A stretch of 64,000 bases of DNA from an uncultured Chloroflexia bacterium. Lineage in GTDB: Bacteria > Chloroflexota > Limnocylindria > Limnocylindrales > CSP1-4. The notes below the pieces were generated by a model that worked only from the letters and a program-made list of their open reading frames with translations, made no database searches and was not told the DNA's origin. The stretch spans positions 992,001 through 1,056,000 of the forward strand of contig CAWEZH010000002.1 of assembly GCA_963813535.1 (NCBI GenBank). The letters run 5' to 3'. Each line of letters starts with the position of its first letter. Position 1 is the stretch's first letter. Made by a program: the position numbers and the translations under genes. This document shows positions 8,438-17,147 of this stretch, piece after piece.

Positions 8438-8872
8438 ATGCCCGTCCGCGACACCATCCCGCCCGAAGCGCTCCTCGACGACTTCCCTCCCCCGATGCAG
8501 GCCATCGCTCATCGGCTCCGCGAGATCGTCATCGCGGCGATCCCCGACGCGATCGAGCGCGTCCGGCCGGGCTGGCGGCTCATCGGCTACGACCTCCCGA
8601 TCCGCAAGAACGGCGTGTATTTCGCGTACGTCGCGCCGGAGTTCGAGCACGTCCACCTCGGTTTCGAGCACGGTTGGGCGATGCAGGATCCCGATGGTGT
8701 CCTCAAAGGCGAGGGCATCACGAAGCGGGTGCGCTGGCGGACTTTCCGCCCGGGCGACGATATCGACGCCGACCGGTGCGTAGCGCTGGTCCGCGAGGCC
8801 GCCCGTGTCGCGGCGATGACCCGGGGCGAGCGCGCCCTGCGCGCGATGGACGAGGAGACCGGGCCGATCTAG
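8438..8872 (+). CDS. DUF1801 (YdhG-like) protein
   Basis: LREIVIAAIPDAIERVRPGWRLIGY..., HVHLGFEHG, DPDGVLKGEG..KRVRW. Confidence 0.85.
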   Translation: MPVRDTIPPEALLDDFPPPMQAIAHRLREIVIAAIPDAIERVRPGWRLIGYDLPIRKNGVYFAYVAPEFEHVHLGFEHGWAMQDPDGVLKGEGITKRVRWRTFRPGDDIDADRCVALVREAARVAAMTRGERALRAMDEETGPI

Positions 8873-9465
8873 GCCGTGGTCGGTGGGTACGCCCGCTCGT
8901 CGCGCTCGGCGCCCTCGGCGATGGCGGCGATCCGTTTCGCCCGCGTCTCGGGCCGCTTCGCCTGGACGACCCACTCCAGCATCGCCCGCCGCGCGCTCCG
9001 TGAGAACGCATCCCAGTGCTCGCGCGCCGGAGGACGGGTTGCCAGCGCGGCCGCGAGATCGTCAGGGACGATGAGCTTCTCGACGTCGTCGAGCAGTGTC
9101 CACGAGCCTGACCGCTTTGCCGCCTCGATCGCCTCGAAACCCGCGGGCAGCATCAGCCCGGCCGCCGTGAGTCGCTCGACCCGCTCCTTGTTCGAACGCG
9201 CCCATGCGCTCCCCGGCCGACGCGGCGCGAACCACTGGATCGACCGCTCCTCATCGATCGTCTTGCCGCTCGAGTCGATCCAGCCGACGCACAGCGCTTC
9301 CTCGACGGCCTCCTCGTATGACACGCTCGTTCCCCCCGAGCCCCGCCGCCACGACACGAGGAACACACCGTTCAACGCGGCGTGGTTGTCGATCAGCCAG
9401 GCCCGCCAGCCGGCCCGGTCGAACGGCCCGACCATCGGCCGTCCGTCGGGCGCCGCGGTCGGCAC
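8869..9465 (-). CDS. YdeI/OmpD-associated family protein
   Basis: WRAWL..NH, YEEAVEEALCVGWIDS, FAPRRPGSAWARSNKERVERL, AKRPETRAKRI. Confidence 0.92.
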   Translation of the reverse strand: MPTAAPDGRPMVGPFDRAGWRAWLIDNHAALNGVFLVSWRRGSGGTSVSYEEAVEEALCVGWIDSSGKTIDEERSIQWFAPRRPGSAWARSNKERVERLTAAGLMLPAGFEAIEAAKRSGSWTLLDDVEKLIVPDDLAAALATRPPAREHWDAFSRSARRAMLEWVVQAKRPETRAKRIAAIAEGAERDERAYPPTTA

Positions 9466-9476
9466 GTCCTTCGCGC

Positions 9477-10955
9477 TCAGTCCGCCGCCCCTCGTGGGTC
9501 CCAGGTGACGACGCCGATCGGCAGGGGTCGCTGACCGCGGAGGCCCACCAGACGGTCGGCATCCACCTCGATCAGCTCGTCGAGGGCGTCCTGGTAGCGC
9601 TGGTCGGCCCCGCTGCCGGGCTCGATCCAGAGTTGACGCCGGAGGAACATCTCGAGCTCGTCACGCGAGGCGAACCGCCGCGGGTCCCGGGCGAGCATCT
9701 CGACCACCGGCGCATGCCCGCGAGCCTGCAACAGCTCCACGAAGTCGGCCAGCGCCGGCAACGAGACTCTGGCCTCGCCGTGGACCGGCGGCCAGCACAC
9801 GTCGGCGATCGACGCCGGCTGGCGCTCCATGAGGACCGCGACGCACAGCCGGCGGGCGACCGACTCCATCGACCGGACGAACGGCCCGATCGCTTCGATG
9901 TCGTAGCCGACATGGGCGATCAGTGCGACGTCGGCCTCGAACCGCTGGAGGGCGATCCCGTCGGTAGGTGGCCAACGCGTCTCGATGACCTCGACATCGG
10001 TCACACCGTGCTCGACCTGGAGCTCCATCAGCGCGTCGAGCATGCCCGGCGACGCGTCGAGCGCGATCACGCGTCCGCCACTCGGGGCGAGCGCCATGGC
10101 GATCGGCAGCGCGTAGCGGCCGGCACCGGCACCGATATCGATCCATGTCTCGCCCGGTCGAACGAGTCCCCGAAGCACGTCGAGGACCGGTTCATCGGTG
10201 CGCCGCGGGTCGGCTCGGAAGAGGCCGCTGACGGGCGCATAGAAGTCGGCGCCGTCCGGAACTTCGCGGAAGCGCTCGACTTGCTCGGCGTTGGCGATGA
10301 CCCTGGCTGCCCAGGCGTTCTCGAGGAGGCCGACCAGATCGGCCCGCGTGTCGACATCGGGATTGCCGCCGTCGACCCGGATCGGGATCTCCTGGATCAG
10401 CTCCGGATGCGACTCGAGGAACGGCCCCAGCCCGCGGTCGCCACTCGTCTCGTCGACCAGCCCGAACGCCGCACGTCGCACGAGCACCGGGTTCCGCCCT
10501 GCACCGTCGCCGTAGACCGGGACGACGATGGGGCGGTCGGACGACGCCTCGGCGTCGAGCAACGCGCGGATCGCCCGTGGCGGCAATCGTGGCTGGTCGC
10601 CGAGGACGATGAGCGCGGCATCGGCGTCGGCGCGCAGTGCCCCGATCCCGACCTTGAGCGAACTCGATAGGCCCTCCTCGGGCTCGGGGTTGACCACCTG
10701 GCGGGCAGCGCCCCAATCGATCGCCCCATCGAAGTCTCCGGCGTCGTTGCCGACGACGACCACGACGTCGTGGAGCCCGGAGCTTTCGAGCCGATCGAGC
10801 ACGTGCTGGAGGATCGGTCGGCCCTCGAGCGGAGCGAGCAGCTTGCCGCCACCGAACCGCGACCCCGCGCCGGCGGCGAGCACGACGGCGGCGATGCCGG
10901 CCGGAGCCGGAGGAGTGCGTCCCATCCTTCCGATGCTCGCGTACGCGTCAACCAC
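9477..10955 (-). CDS. MocA-like molybdenum cofactor cytidylyltransferase fused to a class I SAM methyltransferase (start may be 10925)
   Basis: N-half VLAAGAGSRFGGGKLL, NPEPEEGLSSSL, LGDQP, GDRG, DVDT; C-half WIDIGAGAGRY, ALDASPGML. Confidence 0.88.
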   Translation of the reverse strand: MVDAYASIGRMGRTPPAPAGIAAVVLAAGAGSRFGGGKLLAPLEGRPILQHVLDRLESSGLHDVVVVVGNDAGDFDGAIDWGAARQVVNPEPEEGLSSSLKVGIGALRADADAALIVLGDQPRLPPRAIRALLDAEASSDRPIVVPVYGDGAGRNPVLVRRAAFGLVDETSGDRGLGPFLESHPELIQEIPIRVDGGNPDVDTRADLVGLLENAWAARVIANAEQVERFREVPDGADFYAPVSGLFRADPRRTDEPVLDVLRGLVRPGETWIDIGAGAGRYALPIAMALAPSGGRVIALDASPGMLDALMELQVEHGVTDVEVIETRWPPTDGIALQRFEADVALIAHVGYDIEAIGPFVRSMESVARRLCVAVLMERQPASIADVCWPPVHGEARVSLPALADFVELLQARGHAPVVEMLARDPRRFASRDELEMFLRRQLWIEPGSGADQRYQDALDELIEVDADRLVGLRGQRPLPIGVVTWDPRGAAD

Positions 10956-10995
10956 CCGTCACCGCACCAGGGCACGAAGCTTGCCCGCGAGGCCC

Positions 10996-11346
10996 CTAGG
11001 CCTCGGCCTCGTCCTCCTCGTCGACCTCCGCGCCCGCGTCGAACAGGCCGGGTGTCCGCTCCGCGGCCCGTCCGGGCCGAGGCTCTTTGGCGCCGATCCG
11101 CCGCCGCGTCACAACGTCGACCGTTGTGTCGCCCTCGCGCGCCGGGTGTTCGACCAGCGCGATGATCCGGCTCGCCATGAATCGCCCCGTGCGGACCGGG
11201 GACCCGCCGCGGGTCACCTCGGTGACCTCGACCACGCCTCGAGCCGTCGTCACCTCGATCCGACGGCCCGCGCGACTCGCGACGATCTCGAAATTCTGCA
11301 CGGCCCCACCCGTATCGACCACGACCTCGACTCGATCGCCCTTCAT
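10996..11346 (-). CDS. hypothetical protein
   Basis: MKGDRVEVVVDTG..., RBS AGGGAGG, co-oriented within the cox accessory run. Confidence 0.75.
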   Translation of the reverse strand: MKGDRVEVVVDTGGAVQNFEIVASRAGRRIEVTTARGVVEVTEVTRGGSPVRTGRFMASRIIALVEHPAREGDTTVDVVTRRRIGAKEPRPGRAAERTPGLFDAGAEVDEEDEAEA

Positions 11347-11417
11347 GACCTCCCTTTCCGCCGGCAGGTGCCGGCCCCTACCCGGCGGTGCCGGCGCATA
11401 CGCAGCGTGACCGGCAC

Positions 11418-12572
11418 CTACCCGGCCGTGACCGGCGTGCCTTCGATCGCGACGCGCGTTCCCGCGTCGCCCAGCGTGGCCCGCTCGCGCATCGGGACCC
11501 CCGAGCCGCCATACCGCTCGGCAACGACCTCGGCAAGGATCGCCAAGGCCGTCTCGGGCGGCTGCCGTCCACCGAGATCGAGTCCTACCGGACCACGCAG
11601 GCCGGCCAGTGCCTCCTGGCTGACGCCGAGCTCGAGCAGCCGACGTCGGCGATCCGCCTGGGTCTTGCGCGAGCCGACCGCCCCGACGTACCGACACCCG
11701 CGCTTCAACGCCTCGACGATGGCCGGCTCATCGAACTTGACGTCGTGGGTCAGGACCGCGACCGCGTCGTTCGGACCCAGCCCGATCTCGTCGGCGACCT
11801 CATCGGGCCAGCCGACGACCAGCCCATCCGCATCGGGGAACCGCTCGCGCGTGGCGAACGACGCGCGGCCGTCGATGACGACCGTCTCGAAGCCGAGCTC
11901 CTTGGCCAGCCTGACGAGCGTCCGCGCGACCTCGACCGCCCCGACGATCACCAGCCGCGGCCGGACCGGGAACACTTCGACGAACAGCGACCGCCCACCG
12001 AGCTCGACGGTCCTCGACTGGCCCCGTCGCAGCGCCTCGATCGCCGCATCGACCAGCGCGCTGTCGAGACCGGCGTCGCCGAGCGAGCCCTCCAGCCGGC
12101 CGTCCTCGTGGACGACGAGCTTCGGCTCGGGCGGTGCCCCATTGCCGGGCTGATGCGGCCCGCCCGCAGCCGGCGGCGAGTCCGCGGGGAGCGGCGTGAT
12201 CACCGCGGCGCCCTGGCCGCCGGCGCCGAGGGACTCGGTCGCCGCCCGCACGGCGTCGGACGGCACGGCGGGTTCGACGAGCACGTCGATCGTGCCGCCA
12301 CAGGCCAGCCCGACATCCCACGCCTGCTCGTCGCTGATGCCATAGCGGATGACCAGGGCATTGCCGGTCTCCCGGGCGTGCTCGATCTGTTCCGCCGCCG
12401 CCCCCTCGACACAGCCGCCGCTGACCGAACCCGCGATCCGGCCGTCGGTGGCGTGCAGGAGCACCGCTCCCTCAGGCCGCGGCGCCGAACCGAAGGTGCG
12501 GACGACGACCGCGCGACCCGCGTCGACCCCCTCGCCCTGCCAGGTGGACAGTGTGTCGAGCAGTTCCTTCAT
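11418..12572 (-). CDS. xdhC: XdhC/CoxI molybdoenzyme maturation factor
   Basis: VVRTFGSAPRPEGA, GSVSGGCVEG, VGLACGGTIDV, LTHDVKFD, YVGAVGSRKT. Confidence 0.95.
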   Translation of the reverse strand: MKELLDTLSTWQGEGVDAGRAVVVRTFGSAPRPEGAVLLHATDGRIAGSVSGGCVEGAAAEQIEHARETGNALVIRYGISDEQAWDVGLACGGTIDVLVEPAVPSDAVRAATESLGAGGQGAAVITPLPADSPPAAGGPHQPGNGAPPEPKLVVHEDGRLEGSLGDAGLDSALVDAAIEALRRGQSRTVELGGRSLFVEVFPVRPRLVIVGAVEVARTLVRLAKELGFETVVIDGRASFATRERFPDADGLVVGWPDEVADEIGLGPNDAVAVLTHDVKFDEPAIVEALKRGCRYVGAVGSRKTQADRRRRLLELGVSQEALAGLRGPVGLDLGGRQPPETALAILAEVVAERYGGSGVPMRERATLGDAGTRVAIEGTPVTAG

Positions 12573-13972
12573 CGCATGGGCCTCGCGGTGGTGGGATCGG
12601 TTGGCGTGCCGCCCACCACGGTGGGAGGCGCGACGCCGGCCAGGTCGGCGACCCCGGCAAGACCGGGGAGCGCCGCGTGCGCCGCCGCTTCGGCCCCCTG
12701 GCGGGTGTCGGCCGAGCGGACGCCGCCGAGGATCTCACCGAGTCGCTCGAGCGACGCGACCGTGCCGGCCGGCAGGAAATCGTCGATATACGGGTAGGCG
12801 GCACGCATCCCGCCGGCAAGCGGCTGGTAGCCGGGCGTGCCGGCCAGCGGGTTGAGCCACACGAGCCGATGGCAGTTGCGGCGCAGGCGCGCGGTCTCGG
12901 CGGCGACCAGGCTCGGGTCGCCCCGGTCCCAGCCGTCGGACACGACGATCACCACCCCACTCGAGCGCAAAGAACGACGCGCCCAGTGCTGGTTGAACGT
13001 CCGGAAGCTCTCGCCGATACGAGTCCCGCCCGCCCAATCGTTGACGGCCTCGCTCACGCGCGTGAGCGCGCGGTCGCGGTCCTTGTCGCGGAGGAGGCGC
13101 GTGACGCGCGTCAGCCTGGTCCCGAACACGAACGACTCCGCGCGCACCTCGCTCGACGCAGACAGCGCCTGGATGAACCGCAGAAGCAGCCGGGAGTGAC
13201 GCTCCATCGACCCGGAGATATCGCACAGCACGACGAGCGACCGCGGCTCGCGGACCGGCCGGCGCCAGACCCACGACATCAGCTGGCCACCCGTCCCGAG
13301 GTTGCGCCGGAACATCGCGCGCGGCGCCAGGCGCCGCCCGTGGGAGTGGAGCTCGTAGCGCCGCGTCCGACGTTGCTCGAGCCGCGGCACGAGCTCATCG
13401 ACCAGCCGCTCGGCGTCGCGCAGCTCCGCGGGCGTCATCCGGTCGAACTCGCGGTGCTTCAGCATCTCGCCGCGCGAGTACGCGTCGGGCGCCACGACCA
13501 TGCCCTCGATGTCATCGCCGCTGTCGTCCTCGTCGGCGGTGGACGGGATCGGCACACCCCATTCGTCGGGCCGCGACGAGATGTGTTCGTCGCCGGCCGT
13601 CGGCGAGGCCTCGCCCGTGGCGTCGTCACCCTCGGTCTCGGTCCCGTCCGGGTGGCGAAGCGGCGGCGCCTGGAAGTCGCCCGGCCGCCGGCCGCGTGAT
13701 CGCCACCAGCGGTCGAACACGACGTCGTAGGTCTCGCGATCGTCGCGGCGTCGCACGAAGACCGCCTCGCCGGCGGCGCGCACCTGTTCGCGCGAACCCA
13801 TGTCGACGAGGGTCAAGGCACGCGCGTAGTCGACGGCGGCGCCGAGATCGATGTGGAGGCCGGCGGCGCGCAGCGCCCGGCCGAAGCCGACCGCTTCGTT
13901 CAGCAGGCGACGGCCGTCGACCTCCGGGCCCCACGGAGCCTTGACGACGGCGGGATCGTCATCGGCCTGCAT
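12569..13972 (-). CDS. coxE: CoxE-like VWA domain protein
   Basis: VVLCDISGSMERHSR (MIDAS), FVFGTRLTRVT, WAGGTRIG, VSDGWDRG, WLNPL. Confidence 0.93.
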   Translation of the reverse strand: MQADDDPAVVKAPWGPEVDGRRLLNEAVGFGRALRAAGLHIDLGAAVDYARALTLVDMGSREQVRAAGEAVFVRRRDDRETYDVVFDRWWRSRGRRPGDFQAPPLRHPDGTETEGDDATGEASPTAGDEHISSRPDEWGVPIPSTADEDDSGDDIEGMVVAPDAYSRGEMLKHREFDRMTPAELRDAERLVDELVPRLEQRRTRRYELHSHGRRLAPRAMFRRNLGTGGQLMSWVWRRPVREPRSLVVLCDISGSMERHSRLLLRFIQALSASSEVRAESFVFGTRLTRVTRLLRDKDRDRALTRVSEAVNDWAGGTRIGESFRTFNQHWARRSLRSSGVVIVVSDGWDRGDPSLVAAETARLRRNCHRLVWLNPLAGTPGYQPLAGGMRAAYPYIDDFLPAGTVASLERLGEILGGVRSADTRQGAEAAAHAALPGLAGVADLAGVAPPTVVGGTPTDPTTARPMR

Positions 13973-16136
13973 CCGCTGACTGTGCCACGACCGCGCCGCG
14001 ACTGCCGAACGGGCCGGGGGCCGGGGCGTGGACGACTCGATACGGGGACGTGTTCGAGATGACCTCGACGGTCCCGTCGCGGAAGAGGATCTCCATCGAC
14101 CCCCCGCCGACCCGCAGGTTGTGGATCGCGATCTCGGGCAGCCAGTCTGGTAGCTGCGGGTTCACGTACAGCTTGGAGCCATCCGCGTCGACGGTCGCGT
14201 GGAGGCCGCACAGGATCGCCACGAACCGGAACACCGAGCCCGCGGCCCATGCCTGGGGCACGTTGGCACCGAGATACGGCACCGGGAAACTGGCCGGAAC
14301 GCGCGGCAACCCCGAGAACAGCTCCGGAAGGCGAAGGCCGACCAACCGTTCGGCGGCGTCGAAGATGCCCTTGGCGACCTGCGCAGCCTCGTCGGCGTAG
14401 CCGTACCGGCGGAAGCCGCCCGCCGCTGTCGCGTTGTCGTGGGGCCAGACCGAGCCGGTGTGGTACGAGAACGGGTTGTAGGCGGGATGCTCCGTCGACA
14501 GCGTCCGGATGCCCCAGCCCGACCACATATCGTCGGCCATCAGCCGGCGAACGACGCGACCGGCGCGTTCAGGCGGGACGATGCCCGACTGGAGGAGGTG
14601 GCCGGCGTTCGACGCGACGCTCCGGATCGGCTCCTTGCGCCCGTTGAGCCCGAGGTAGTAGGTGCCTTCCTGCTCCCACCAGAAGGTGTCGTTGAACCGG
14701 TCGTACAGACGCTGGGCCGCGCGCCGCAGGCGCCGCGCATCCTTCGGGCGTTCGAGGACGTCGTAGATGTCGGCCATGCGGTTCTTCGCGTCGAAAACGT
14801 AGCCCTGGAGCTCGCAGGTGGCGATCGGCAAGGGGGCAAGGGTGCCGTCGGCTTCGGGGATGGCGTCGCCGGCGTCCTTCCAACCCTGGTTGTACATGCC
14901 GTGCGACGAGCGCGTCTTGTACTCCTGGAACCCGTCGCCGTCGCGATCGCCGAAGTGGTCGATCCAGGCCATCGCCGCCTCAGCGTTGGGCAGATAGCGG
15001 CGCAGGATCTCGGGGTCGCCGATCCAGTGATAGAGGTACGAGAGCACGATCACGAACAGGCTCGTCGCATCGTGCGTCCCGTAGTACGGCTGATATGGCA
15101 GGATCCCGAGCTGCGCCAGCTCGCCGTGGCGGATCTCGTGCGGGATCTTGCCGGGCTCCATGTCGCGTTCCGGGTCGTCGGACTTGGCCTGCAGCTCGGA
15201 CAGGCGGCGGAGCGCGCCCGACGCGAACTCGGGGAAGCCGGAGATCCCCTGCATCGACACGATCAGCGAGTCGCGCCCGAAGAGCGTCACGAACCAGGGC
15301 ACGCCGGCAGCCGGGATGAACACGCCGCGCTCGAACGAGGGGTCCTCCAGGCGCAGTGCCTCCAGGTCGCGCACGGCCTGGTCCCACGCCCGATCGACCG
15401 TCTGGTTCGGTGTCTGGACGCTCACGTTGGGGAGCGTCGGCCGGACGAGCTTGCGTAGCGGCGCGTCGACCGCGTTGCATGGCAGGGTGACGAGGCGGCG
15501 ATGCGACCGGGTGACCGGCAACCATTTCAGGCACGTATGCCAGACACCCTTCGGCGGGATGTTCGCTACGAATACCAGGCGGCCGTTGGCGAACTGGGGC
15601 GTGGAGCCGGGGCGCTCGACAGCGACGATCAGGTCGCGCCGGAAGTCGCGGTTGACGTAGGCGGTCCGGAGCTCGCCCCGCGACCTGAACCAGCGCGTGT
15701 TGATCTCGCCCCGCCGGACGATCTCGCCGCGCTTGACGTCGAAGATGTCGGCGAAGTCGGACAAGACGGCGATCTCGATCGTCAGACGGACGGGTCGGCG
15801 GGCGTAGTTGACGATGTCGATGTCCTCGTGGATCGCATCGGCGACCGTCCGGTCGACGCGCATCGCGAGCGACTGGCGGTCGATGGAGCCCGCGGAATCG
15901 ATGAGGTCGTCGTTCGTGAACTCGAACCGGGACGAGAAGGACTGGATCGGCGCCGAGGCCAGGAGGATCGGCCGGCGGCCGTTGATCCACAGGTCGTAGC
16001 CGGAGATGAACCGCGTGTCCCGGGTGAAGAACCCGTCGGCCTCGCCGAGGACCCGTCCGTCCGGCTGGCAGATCAGGACACGGTCGTCCCGGTTGATCGT
16101 GATCGTCGACGGTCCGACCTGGACCGGGAACGTCAT
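13959..16136 (-). CDS. amylo-alpha-1,6-glucosidase / glycogen debranching-like protein (GDE_N + alpha/alpha barrel)
   Basis: PAAGVPWFVTLFGRDSLI, EPGKIPHEIR.GE, YYGTHDATSLF, NQGWKDAGD, YHTGSVWPHDN, PQAWAAG. Confidence 0.93.
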   Translation of the reverse strand: MTFPVQVGPSTITINRDDRVLICQPDGRVLGEADGFFTRDTRFISGYDLWINGRRPILLASAPIQSFSSRFEFTNDDLIDSAGSIDRQSLAMRVDRTVADAIHEDIDIVNYARRPVRLTIEIAVLSDFADIFDVKRGEIVRRGEINTRWFRSRGELRTAYVNRDFRRDLIVAVERPGSTPQFANGRLVFVANIPPKGVWHTCLKWLPVTRSHRRLVTLPCNAVDAPLRKLVRPTLPNVSVQTPNQTVDRAWDQAVRDLEALRLEDPSFERGVFIPAAGVPWFVTLFGRDSLIVSMQGISGFPEFASGALRRLSELQAKSDDPERDMEPGKIPHEIRHGELAQLGILPYQPYYGTHDATSLFVIVLSYLYHWIGDPEILRRYLPNAEAAMAWIDHFGDRDGDGFQEYKTRSSHGMYNQGWKDAGDAIPEADGTLAPLPIATCELQGYVFDAKNRMADIYDVLERPKDARRLRRAAQRLYDRFNDTFWWEQEGTYYLGLNGRKEPIRSVASNAGHLLQSGIVPPERAGRVVRRLMADDMWSGWGIRTLSTEHPAYNPFSYHTGSVWPHDNATAAGGFRRYGYADEAAQVAKGIFDAAERLVGLRLPELFSGLPRVPASFPVPYLGANVPQAWAAGSVFRFVAILCGLHATVDADGSKLYVNPQLPDWLPEIAIHNLRVGGGSMEILFRDGTVEVISNTSPYRVVHAPAPGPFGSRGAVVAQSADAGR

Positions 16137-16164
16137 CGGGCGATCGATCTCAGCAGGACAGACA

Positions 16165-17095
16165 TCAGCCCCGGGCGGCGACCTCGGTCAGCATCCGGGC
16201 GGCCTGCTCGCCGCGGATCTGGCGGATGTCCTCCTCGTACTTGAGGACGACGCCCAGCGTCTCGTCGACGAGCTCGGGTTTCAGCTCGCGGGCTCCGAGC
16301 GACAGCAACGCCGCGGCCCAATCGAGCGTTTCGGCGATGCCCGGGCACCTTGGTCAGGTCGGCTTCGCGCAGCCGGTGGACGAACCCCACGACCTCGCGC
16401 GCGAGCTGTTCCGGCGCGGCGGGCACCCGCGCGAGCACGATCTCGTACTCCTTCTGGGCGGTCGGGTAGTCGATCCAGTGGTACAGGCAGCGCCGCTTGA
16501 GCGCGTCGTGGACCTCGCGCGTCCGGTTCGAGGTGAGGATGACCCGCGGTGGCTTCACCGCCTGGATCGTGCCGATCTCGGGCACCGTGACCTGGAAGTC
16601 GGACAGGATCTCGAGGAGATACGCCTCGAACTCCTCGTCCGCCCGGTCGATCTCGTCGATGAGCAGCACCGGGGCGACCCCATCGTCGCTCTCGAGCGCC
16701 TGGAGCAGTGGTCGGCGGATGAGGAAGTCGGGCCCGAAGATGTCCTGGGCGCTGGCCCGCTCGGCCTCGCCGCGCGCCTCGAGCAACCGGATCTCGAGCA
16801 TCTGGCGCGGGTAATTCCACTCGTACACCGCGGTGTTGACGTCGAGGCCCTCGTAGCACTGCAGCCGGATCAGGCGCGCGCCGAGCGACGCGGCGAGGAC
16901 CTTGGCGAGCTCGGTCTTGCCGACGCCAGCCTCGCCCTCCAGCAGGAGCGGACGGCCGAGCTCGAGCGCCAGGAAGACGGCCGTCCCGAGCGAGCGGTCC
17001 GCGATGTAGTCGCGCGAGCGGAAATCCTCGGTCAGGGCATCGATGGAGCGGGTGCCGGGCGGTCGGTCGTCGCGGTCCGCCGGTTGGTCGGTCAT
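16165..17095 (-). CDS. coxD: CoxD-like MoxR AAA+ ATPase with one +1 frameshift near 16340
   Basis: LLEGEAGVGKTELAK, RLQCYEGLD, LLIDEIDRADEEFEA. After DLTKVPG an extra base shifts the frame; the other frame continues IAETLDWAAALL...LGVVLKYEEDI to a stop at 16165. Confidence 0.9.
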
Positions 17096-17147
17096 CGGCT
17101 CGGATGCTACACGGACCGACCCGGAGACGGTGCGCGCGGTGCGGCCC

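Noticed and set aside
16330-16350. Programmed frameshift in coxD
   Set aside because: No slippery heptamer or stimulator, and similar indels in neighbouring genes point to sequencing error.
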